Shown here one piece after another: positions 57,175 through 64,000 of a stretch of DNA of 64,000 bases (position 1 is its first letter; each line of letters opens with the position of its first letter). This DNA is from Candidatus Nanopelagicales bacterium (GTDB lineage Bacteria; Actinomycetota; Actinomycetes; S36-B12; UBA10799). Both the position numbers and the translations under genes were made by a program. The stretch is taken from NCBI GenBank assembly GCA_018003655.1, contig JAGNDY010000002.1, positions 926 to 64,925 of the forward strand. Direction: 5' to 3'. The notes below the pieces were generated by a model. It was not told the origin of the DNA and made no database searches. It saw only the letters and a program-made list of their open reading frames with translations.

Positions 57175-57355
57175 CTGTGCGCGAACTCCCAGTCAGTGGC
57201 CGAGCTGTCCAACACCTGTTGGCAGCCGAAGCGAGGAGTTCCCGTGGACTCGGGTTCCCCGCGACTACACGCAGTGCGTGCAGCGGTTCGAGTCTCGACT
57301 TTACCGCCTGTGCGGGCAAACTGAGCGCCGTGCCCATGTCAGCAAGGCTGTCGCC

Positions 57356-58060
57356 ATGACCAGCTTTGGAACCACGTTGCTGCTGTGCGCGTGGATGGGT
57401 TGGGGGTTGGCGACTAGTCCGTTACCACTCGCCGCGCTCGGCGTGATGCTGCTGAACAACCACCCCGCCCGTTCGGCGCTGAGCTTCACGGCGACGTGGT
57501 TCACGTGTCAATTCGTTGCAATTGCGGTCTCTGTGCCGCTCGTCCACCTACTGCTGGGCATCCAATTCAGCGCCAACGAGAGATCCGTCGTCGGATACGT
57601 CGGCGTCATCCTTGGCTCGCTCATGGCGATCGCCGCAGTGATCTTGTGGAGTCGGTCCCGGCACAATCAGTCAACCTCGGGAGCTGACAAGTCGGCTGCG
57701 TTTCTCAACCGTGCGTCGACGGCTACACCTCGACAGGCCGCCCAACTCGGATTCATCTTCGGCTTGCTCAACGTCACCAACATTGCCTACTGGTTGGCAG
57801 CAGCCCTGTTCATCCATCGCGGGCAGTTGGACCTGTTTGAGCAGGCCACAGCGGTGTTGGTGACTGCCCTGGTGGCCAGCAGCACGTTCATCGTCATATC
57901 GCTGCTCGCGTTGATCTTCCGACGCCAGCTGACGCCCTGGCTCAATCGAGGCAGGAGTTTCGTACTGAAACACAGCGGCAGCATCGTGCCGGGCATTCTT
58001 TTCGTCGCAGGGCTGACCCTGGTCGCGATTGGAACCAGAGACCTCGGGGTGTGGAGCTGA
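57356..58060 (+). CDS. six-TM membrane protein (GAP/Sap-like, LysE-type topology)
   Basis: 234 aa counted from ATG 57356. The N-terminus LATSPLPLAALGVMLLNNHPARS recalls the GAP family, a weak assignment made from memory. Confidence 0.45.
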   Translation: MTSFGTTLLLCAWMGWGLATSPLPLAALGVMLLNNHPARSALSFTATWFTCQFVAIAVSVPLVHLLLGIQFSANERSVVGYVGVILGSLMAIAAVILWSRSRHNQSTSGADKSAAFLNRASTATPRQAAQLGFIFGLLNVTNIAYWLAAALFIHRGQLDLFEQATAVLVTALVASSTFIVISLLALIFRRQLTPWLNRGRSFVLKHSGSIVPGILFVAGLTLVAIGTRDLGVWS

Positions 58061-58079
58061 CGTTCGCGTTGCTCGTCAG

Positions 58080-58484
58080 CTAGCCAGTCGCACGTGAGGA
58101 AATGTTGCGAACATCGACCACGGACTCGGGGTTCAAGGCCTCGAGCTTCATCGCCGTTGAGGGCACCCGCGCATCCTGGCGACTCAGCGGCGTACGACGT
58201 ACCGGCATGACCTGAACGCGCTCGACAGCTGGATCGACTTGAGCATCCAGTGCCTGGCCATAGCCACTACCCTGACCAGCCAACGCGACAAGCTTGCTTG
58301 TTCCGTTGGCGATGGAGACTGCCGCACCGGCGGCGGCCTGCACGTTGCCAACCAAACCGCGTTCGCGTGCCTCTGCGGCCGCCCGTTGCCCACGGCGGTA
58401 CGCATACACGCCGCCAACTGCACCTACTGCTACCCAGAAAGTTCTGCTCACTGTCGCATTCTCCCCCGGTCGCTGCCTAGTCAA
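58080..58484 (-). CDS. hypothetical protein with N-terminal TM helix
   Basis: 134-aa ORF with TFWVAVGAVGGVYAY followed by an Ala-rich region. It does not overlap any better ORF. Confidence 0.5.
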   Translation of the reverse strand: MTRQRPGENATVSRTFWVAVGAVGGVYAYRRGQRAAAEARERGLVGNVQAAAGAAVSIANGTSKLVALAGQGSGYGQALDAQVDPAVERVQVMPVRRTPLSRQDARVPSTAMKLEALNPESVVDVRNISSRATG

Positions 58485-58532
58485 ACCGATTCGGCGCGAC
58501 CCGATTGTGTTTTGGTACCACCCGTTTTGTTG

Positions 58533-58555
58533 CCACTTGCTACCGGCCGTGTGGC
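58533..58555. repeat. partial third copy of the palindromic-repeat left arm
   Basis: CCACTTGCTACCGGCCGTGTGGC matches copy 1 (5035-5064, CCACTTTGCTACCGGTACACGCCGTGTGGC) apart from one T and a 6-nt gap. Confidence 0.35.
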
Positions 58556-58619
58556 TACTACCCGTATTGCTACCACCCGATGAGAACCTCCCGCTGTTCT
58601 CCCGATCAGCGTACCTTCA

Positions 58620-59960
58620 TCAGGTGCGCCGACCCAGGCTCTTTCGAATACCAATATTCAATTCGGCCGCCCGAGCTTCGGCCCCGCGTGTGGTCGGCTG
58701 GTAGTACTGCTTGTCAGCAACAGCGGTGGGAGCGTATTGGAAGGCGGCGATTCCCGCCTCCTCGTCGTGCGGGTAGCGGTAACCCTCGCCCGCGCCCTGC
58801 GATCGCGCCGCAGAACTCGATCCATCGCGCAGCGGCGCTGGCACTGCGCCAGCCAAACCAGCCTCGACGTCGGCGATCGCCGCATTGATCGCGGTGTAGA
58901 CCCGATTGGACTTGGGCGCCAAACTCAAATGCACTACGGCGTGGGCGAGTGTGATTCGCGCCTCGGGTAGCCCGATAAAAGAGACCGCGTGCATGGCCGC
59001 AATAGCCGTTTGGAGCGCGCTCGGATCGGCCATGCCGATGTCCTCACTGGCCAGAATCACCAACCGCCGCGCGATGAACCGTGGATCTTCACCGGCCACC
59101 ACCATCCTCGCCAGGTAGTGCAGCGCGGCGTCAACGTCACTACCGCGGACACTCTTGATCAGCGCGCTGGTGACGTCGTAGTGCTGATCGCCGTCCCGGT
59201 CATAGCGGGGTACAGCGTGGGCAACGGCCTGCTCGATTCCCTCCACCTCAACTGAGCCGCCGGACTGAACGCTCGCGGCGGCGGACTCCAGAATCGTGAG
59301 CGCCCTTCGCGCGTCGCCGCCGCCGATCCGTACGAGGTGCGGCAACGCCTCCTCCGAGATGGTTATCCGGCCTGCTAGCCCATTCTCGGCAGTGACCGCG
59401 TGATTAATGACGGCCGCAACGTCCTCGTCCTCCAGCGAGCGCAGTGGCACCAGCAAGCTACGGGACAGCAACGGCGCGATGACCGCGAACGAGGGGTTCT
59501 CGGTGGTCGCCGCGACCAAGGTGACCCACCCGTTTTCCACTGCTGGCAGCAGGGCGTCTTGCTGAGTTTTGGAGAAGCGGTGAACCTCGTCGATGAACAG
59601 GACCGTTCCGCGGCTACGCAGCTCGAGCTCAAGTTTGGCCGCCTGAATGACCGCGCGAACATCCTTGACGCCGGCGGTGACTGCCGACAACTCGACGAAC
59701 CGATCGCCAGTCGCTCGTGCAACGAGCATCGCGAGGGTGGTCTTGCCGGTGCCGGGCGGACCCCACAGAATCAGTGAACTGCGGGTTGGTGCGCCTTCGC
59801 CGGACAGCATGCGCCCGAGCGGGCTTTGCTCACCCAAGACGTGCTGTTGACCAACCACCTCAGCCAGCGACTTTGGTCGCATCCTGGCGGCCAACGGCGC
59901 GCCGGGCCGATCAGGATCGGAAGCTTCGCCGAACAGGCTGGGTGTGTCGGTTCCGGTCAC
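58620..59960 (-). CDS. rarA: replication-associated recombination protein A (AAA+ ATPase)
   Basis: Has Walker [16 protein letters not shown], Walker [10 protein letters not shown], and the C-terminal MgsA block GYRYPHD. Confidence 0.9.
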   Translation of the reverse strand: MTGTDTPSLFGEASDPDRPGAPLAARMRPKSLAEVVGQQHVLGEQSPLGRMLSGEGAPTRSSLILWGPPGTGKTTLAMLVARATGDRFVELSAVTAGVKDVRAVIQAAKLELELRSRGTVLFIDEVHRFSKTQQDALLPAVENGWVTLVAATTENPSFAVIAPLLSRSLLVPLRSLEDEDVAAVINHAVTAENGLAGRITISEEALPHLVRIGGGDARRALTILESAAASVQSGGSVEVEGIEQAVAHAVPRYDRDGDQHYDVTSALIKSVRGSDVDAALHYLARMVVAGEDPRFIARRLVILASEDIGMADPSALQTAIAAMHAVSFIGLPEARITLAHAVVHLSLAPKSNRVYTAINAAIADVEAGLAGAVPAPLRDGSSSAARSQGAGEGYRYPHDEEAGIAAFQYAPTAVADKQYYQPTTRGAEARAAELNIGIRKSLGRRT

Positions 59961-59995
59961 CTGGCCAGGCTATGTCAATGGTGGCGAACGAGTGT

Positions 59996-61741
59996 CTATT
60001 CCTCCGGTTCGGGTTTGGCGTCTACGCCAGCTTCGGCCCGCTGGGCGTCAGTGATCGGTGCAGGAGCTGAGGTGAGGGGATCAAAACCAGCACCGGTCTT
60101 GGGAAAGGCGATCACGTCACGAAGCGACGGCGCATCGGCCAACAGCATGCAGATTCGGTCCCACCCGAAAGCAACGCCGCCGTGTGGCGGCGGACCGTAG
60201 TTGAACGCCTCGAGCAGAAAGCCAAACTGCTCCTGTGCCTCTGCCGCTGACAGGCCGAGCAGTTCGAATACCCGCTCCTGCACATCGGCCCGGTGAATAC
60301 GGATCGAACCGCCGCCGATCTCGTTGCCGTTGCAGACCAGGTCATAGGCAGAGGCCAACGCATCCCCAGGTGACTGCTCGAAGGTGCCGATCCAGTCATC
60401 GTTCGGAGAGGTAAATGGATGATGGACCGAGGTCCAACCAGTGGTACCGCCGGGTAACTCGATGGCTTCGAACATCGGGGCGTCGACGATCCACACGAAC
60501 GACCACTGCTCGCGGTCGATGAGGTCCAACCGCTCGGCAATCTCGACCCTGGCCGCGCCGAGCAGACCGCGAGCCGCGCCAGCTCCACCCGCCGCGAAGA
60601 ACACGCAGTCACCTGGAACAGCGCCAACAGCGGCTGCCAGTCCGTCGCGCTCTGCATCGGACAGGTTCTTGGCGACCGGCCCGGATAGTTCACCGTCATC
60701 TCCCACGATGACGTAGGCCAGCCCGCGTGCACCGCGCTGCTTGGCCCACTCCTGCCAGGCGTCGAACGTGCGTCGCGGCTGCGACGCTCCACCGGGCATG
60801 ACGACGGCGCCAACGTACGGCGCTTTGAACACCCGGAATGGGGTCTCGGCGAAGTACTGGGTCATCTCCACGATCTCGATGTCGAATCGCAGATCCGGTT
60901 TGTCGGTGCCGAAGCGCGTCATGGCCTCGCCGTAGGTCATCGTCGGGATGGTTGGGATCTCGAAACCGCGCACCCCGGACCACAGCGCGCGCACGACCGC
61001 TTCGGATACCTCGATCACGTCACTTTGATCAACGAAGCTCATCTCGATGTCGAGTTGGGTGAACTCAGGCTGCCGATCGGCCCGGAAGTCCTCGTCGCGG
61101 TAGCAGCGAGCGATCTGAAAGTACTTCTCGAAACCGGCCACCATCAGCAGTTGTTTGAACAGTTGGGGTGACTGTGGCAGTGCGTACCACGAGCCTGGAC
61201 GCAGGCGGGCCGGAACGAGGAAGTCGCGGGCGCCTTCGGGCGTGGATCGTGTCAGGGTTGGGGTCTCGACCTCGACGAAGCCACGCTCGAGCAGCACGTC
61301 GCGGGCAAGCCGGTTGACCTCGCTGCGCATCCGCAGTGCGCGCGCCGGGCCGGGACGCCGCAGATCCAAGTACCGCCACCGCAGCCGAGCTTCCTCGCCA
61401 ACCTCGGCGTACTCATCGACGCCGAAAGGCAGTGGTGCGGCCTCGCTGAGCACATTCACCGTGGTCGCCATGACCTCGATGTCACCAGTCGGGATCTCCG
61501 CGTTCTCGTTGCCAGCGGGCCTGATGGCAACGTCGCCAGTGATCTGAACACATGACTCCGGCCGCAGGTCGCGCGCGACATGCTCCTCGCGAATCACCAC
61601 TTGGGACACGCCGGATGAGTCACGGATATCGACAAACGCCACACCCCCGTGGTCACGGCGACGTGACACCCAACCCGCGAGCGTCACCTCGATACCGGCG
61701 TCGCCGGCTCGAAGGGTTCCGGCTCCATGGGTGCGCATCAT
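59996..61741 (-). CDS. aspS: aspartate--tRNA ligase
   Basis: 581 aa with the class II motifs [32 protein letters not shown] and [14 protein letters not shown] overlap with the hisS stop. Confidence 0.97.
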   Translation of the reverse strand: MMRTHGAGTLRAGDAGIEVTLAGWVSRRRDHGGVAFVDIRDSSGVSQVVIREEHVARDLRPESCVQITGDVAIRPAGNENAEIPTGDIEVMATTVNVLSEAAPLPFGVDEYAEVGEEARLRWRYLDLRRPGPARALRMRSEVNRLARDVLLERGFVEVETPTLTRSTPEGARDFLVPARLRPGSWYALPQSPQLFKQLLMVAGFEKYFQIARCYRDEDFRADRQPEFTQLDIEMSFVDQSDVIEVSEAVVRALWSGVRGFEIPTIPTMTYGEAMTRFGTDKPDLRFDIEIVEMTQYFAETPFRVFKAPYVGAVVMPGGASQPRRTFDAWQEWAKQRGARGLAYVIVGDDGELSGPVAKNLSDAERDGLAAAVGAVPGDCVFFAAGGAGAARGLLGAARVEIAERLDLIDREQWSFVWIVDAPMFEAIELPGGTTGWTSVHHPFTSPNDDWIGTFEQSPGDALASAYDLVCNGNEIGGGSIRIHRADVQERVFELLGLSAAEAQEQFGFLLEAFNYGPPPHGGVAFGWDRICMLLADAPSLRDVIAFPKTGAGFDPLTSAPAPITDAQRAEAGVDAKPEPEE

Positions 61742-63003
61742 CGGGAAAGCATCTCCTGAACTGTGGTTGCGACGTCTTGCCAGGCAATCGTCTGTTGTTG
61801 TCCATCGGTAAGGTCCTTGACTTCCACCGTGCCAGCCGCAAGTTCGCGCTCCCCGAGCACGACGGCGAGTCGCGCACCGGCCCGGTCAGCGGCGCGCATG
61901 GCGCCTTTGACGCTTCGGTCTCCGTAGGCGAGATCGACCGACACACCCATGCCCCGCAACTGCGCCGCAAGTTGAACCAGCGGACGTTTGGCCGCGCCTC
62001 CCATGGGGATCAGGAACACCTCGCACCGCCGCTCGTCGCCGATTCGCAGACCTTCTGCCCGACACGCCAGCAGTGTCCGATCCACTCCGATTCCGTACCC
62101 GATGCCGGACAACTCCTGACCACCGAGCGCGGCCATCAGCCCGTCGTACCGACCGCCACCGCCGATCGCCGACTGGGCCCCGAGGCCATCGTGGACGAAC
62201 TCGAAGGTGGTGCGGGAGTAGTAGTCCAAGCCGCGGACAAGCCGAGGGCTGTCCACCCACTCGATGCCCAGGGCGCGCAGGTAGGACTGAACTTGCTCGT
62301 GGTAGTCCGCCGCGTCAGCGGACATGACATCTGCGAGCTCGGGTGCGGCAGCGATCGCCTGCTGTAGCGAAGGTCGTTTGTCGTCCAACACGCGCATGGG
62401 GTTGAGCTCGGCGCGCTGACGCGTCGCCTCGTCGAGGTCGAGTGTGGCGAGATAATCGGTCAAAGCCTCGCGGTACCGCGTCCGCGTTTGCGTGTCACCC
62501 ACCGAGTTGAGCAGCAGACGGTACCCCGATAGGCCCAGCGAGCGGAAGCCCTCGTCGGCCAGTGCGATGACCTCGGCATCGAGGGCGGGGTCCTCGGCCC
62601 CCAGCGCTTCTAGCCCGACTTGGTGGAACTGCCGATAGCGGCCCTGTTGCGGTCGCTCGGCCCGGAAGAACGGTCCCGCGTACCAAACTTTGACCGGCAG
62701 CCCCGCTCGGTCGAGGCCGTGCTCGACCACAGCACGAACAACCCCTGCGGTCCCCTCCGGCCGAAGGGAGATTGATCGGCCGCCACGATCATCGAAGGTG
62801 TACATCTCCTTGCTGACGACGTCAGTGGACTCCCCCACGCCACGGACGTAGAGCGCGGTGTCCTCAAAGACGGGCAACTCAAGGTAGCCGTAGCCCGCGC
62901 GTGTGGCCGGCCCCGCGAGAGCGTCACGCACGGCAAGAAACGCGGATGACTCCGGTGGCATGTACTCAGCGACGCCTTTCGGCGATTGGAATCGAGTGGC
63001 CAC
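61738..63003 (-). CDS. hisS: histidine--tRNA ligase
   Basis: 421 aa with the blocks [16 protein letters not shown] and [11 protein letters not shown]. Confidence 0.97.
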   Translation of the reverse strand: MATRFQSPKGVAEYMPPESSAFLAVRDALAGPATRAGYGYLELPVFEDTALYVRGVGESTDVVSKEMYTFDDRGGRSISLRPEGTAGVVRAVVEHGLDRAGLPVKVWYAGPFFRAERPQQGRYRQFHQVGLEALGAEDPALDAEVIALADEGFRSLGLSGYRLLLNSVGDTQTRTRYREALTDYLATLDLDEATRQRAELNPMRVLDDKRPSLQQAIAAAPELADVMSADAADYHEQVQSYLRALGIEWVDSPRLVRGLDYYSRTTFEFVHDGLGAQSAIGGGGRYDGLMAALGGQELSGIGYGIGVDRTLLACRAEGLRIGDERRCEVFLIPMGGAAKRPLVQLAAQLRGMGVSVDLAYGDRSVKGAMRAADRAGARLAVVLGERELAAGTVEVKDLTDGQQQTIAWQDVATTVQEMLSR

Positions 63004-63006
63004 CGG

Positions 63007-63741
63007 CTACAGCCCCCGCTGGTTCGCGGGCAAGTCAACGATTGGTGCGCCGACATCGGCGAGTTGGACCAGGAACGGATTGGTCGCGCGTTCCCGCTCG
63101 ATGGTGGTGGTCCCGCCGTGGCCGGGAAGCACGGCAGTGGAATCGTCGAGTGGCAGAACCACTCGTGCCAGTGAGTCCATCATCTGCGCGGAGTCTCCCC
63201 CGGGCAGGTCGGTGCGGCCGATGGATCCGGCGAACAGCAGGTCGCCGCTGAACATGATCGGGGGGTAGTCGTCGCCGGCCGGTGCCAGGAACGACACTGA
63301 CCCAGGGGTGTGGCCGGGCGCATGGTCCACCCGCAAGGTCACCCCAGCCAATTCGATCAGTTCCTGATCGGCGAGTTCGCGGACGTCGTCCGGCTCGCTG
63401 AACTGCATGCGACCACCGGTCATCTCAGCGAAGGCTGCGGCGGTTTCACCGGAGATCCCAGCCAGTGGGTTGCTGAGCAGTTCGCGGTCGCCGGGGTGGA
63501 TGAATGCCGGGATGTCGCGTGCCTCGCATACCGGAAACACCGACCACATGTGATCGATATGACCGTGGGTGAGCACCACCGCAACAGGCTTGAGCTTATG
63601 CTCAGCAACAAGGTCGTCGACTCCGGGCGCGGCATCCTTACCTGGATCTATCACGATGCACTCTTGGCCAGGGCCAGCAGCAACGACATAGCAATTGGTC
63701 GCCCATGGGCCAGCCGGAAATCCAACGATGAACACGTGCAC
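63007..63741 (-). CDS. MBL-fold metallo-hydrolase (glyoxalase II-like)
   Basis: Has the metal-binding motif VVLTHGHIDH and later the block HAPGHTPGS. Confidence 0.85.
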   Translation of the reverse strand: MHVFIVGFPAGPWATNCYVVAAGPGQECIVIDPGKDAAPGVDDLVAEHKLKPVAVVLTHGHIDHMWSVFPVCEARDIPAFIHPGDRELLSNPLAGISGETAAAFAEMTGGRMQFSEPDDVRELADQELIELAGVTLRVDHAPGHTPGSVSFLAPAGDDYPPIMFSGDLLFAGSIGRTDLPGGDSAQMMDSLARVVLPLDDSTAVLPGHGGTTTIERERATNPFLVQLADVGAPIVDLPANQRGL

Positions 63742-63821
63742 GAGGGTAACGACCTCGTCCGCAGCACTTGCGACCTACACTCCTACCTTGCCCGACATGC
63801 CACTTTGAGAGGAACCCGACG

Positions 63822-64000
63822 TTGGTCAGCGACAAGCGCGCGAGGCAGGTAGCCCGAGCGAAGGCCGAGCGCCAAGCTGCCCGTCGCGCTGCCCAACGGC
63901 AGCAGAACCGGGCGCGTGCTCTGTGGGCTGCGGGAATCGTCTTCGGCCTGATCGTCGTGGGTGGAATCATCTTTGCCGCCTGGCCGGAAAGCACCCCCAC
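63822..64000 (+). CDS. N-terminus of a membrane-anchored protein (probably a PpiB-like peptidyl-prolyl isomerase by synteny), 3' end outside window
   Basis: TTG 63822 is preceded by GAGAGGA at 63807-63813. The translation VSDKRARQVARAKAERQAARRAAQRQQNRARALWAAGIVFGLIVVGGIIFAAW gives a basic region followed by a TM helix. The ORF is below the length cutoff of the ORF track. The product is inferred only from gene order in M. tuberculosis. Confidence 0.4.
   Translation, partial: MVSDKRARQVARAKAERQAARRAAQRQQNRARALWAAGIVFGLIVVGGIIFAAWPESTP

Noticed and set aside
57285-57297. GGTTCGAGTCTCG, a T-loop-like string suggesting another tRNA upstream of alaS
   Set aside because: The flanking bases do not form a T stem (AGCGG vs CTCGA). 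No acceptor or anticodon arms could be drawn.
63638-64000. 120-aa minus-strand ORF at the window edge
   Set aside because: Its translation is Arg/Cys/Trp-rich and not protein-like. The opposite strand has an SD plus TTG start followed by a basic-then-TM N-terminus that fits the expected neighbouring gene.
1-64000. Search by eye for CRISPR arrays, IS elements or transposases, integrases, phage genes, toxin-antitoxin pairs, reverse transcriptases and rRNA
   Set aside because: No ORF translation or repeat pattern supports any of these. The only accessory-looking segment is the repeat-flanked DUF559-type gene reported above.

Overview
This is a high-G+C actinobacterial chromosomal segment, almost fully coding. 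From memory, the housekeeping backbone matches the M. tuberculosis neighbourhoods Rv1626-Rv1633 (pdtaR, polA, rpsA, coaE, uvrB) and Rv2533c-Rv2582 (nusB, efp, pepQ, aroQ/B/K/C, aroE, mltG, ruvX, alaS, rarA, aspS, hisS, MBL hydrolase, start of a PPIase-like gene). About 30 kb of envelope-glycan genes (8.4-38.7 kb) run through the uvrB-coaE-rpsA-polA part. They include the decaprenyl-phospho-arabinose donor module (UbiA-type PRPP transferase, DprE1, DprE2) and two giant AftD-like GT-C enzymes. They also include two further polytopic GT-C-like proteins, a GT4, two AT3 acyltransferases, two SAM methyltransferases and a MOP flippase. An hddA-gmhA-gmhB heptose-1-phosphate operon completes the set. 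The most unusual part is a second DprE1-like/DprE2-like pair (36.5-38.7 kb). Both members have lost the residues that are catalytic in the canonical pair present in the same window. Other points worth a second look are a complete 77-nt tRNA with anticodon CAA, a Leu-like D-loop and A73 but only a 5-nt variable loop, and a ~90-nt palindromic repeat family. Two inverted copies of that repeat bracket an AbiEi/DUF559-type gene between uvrB and an acyl-CoA ligase, and a partial copy lies at 58.5 kb. Also notable are a translationally coupled uvrB-terC-terC operon, an ndh-pdtaR (ANTAR) operon, and a 192-nt convergent gene overlap. I saw no CRISPR array, IS element, integrase, phage module or rRNA. 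All calls rest on reading the supplied translations and the DNA. No database search or folding program was run, and many start codons are ambiguous because of the high G+C content.
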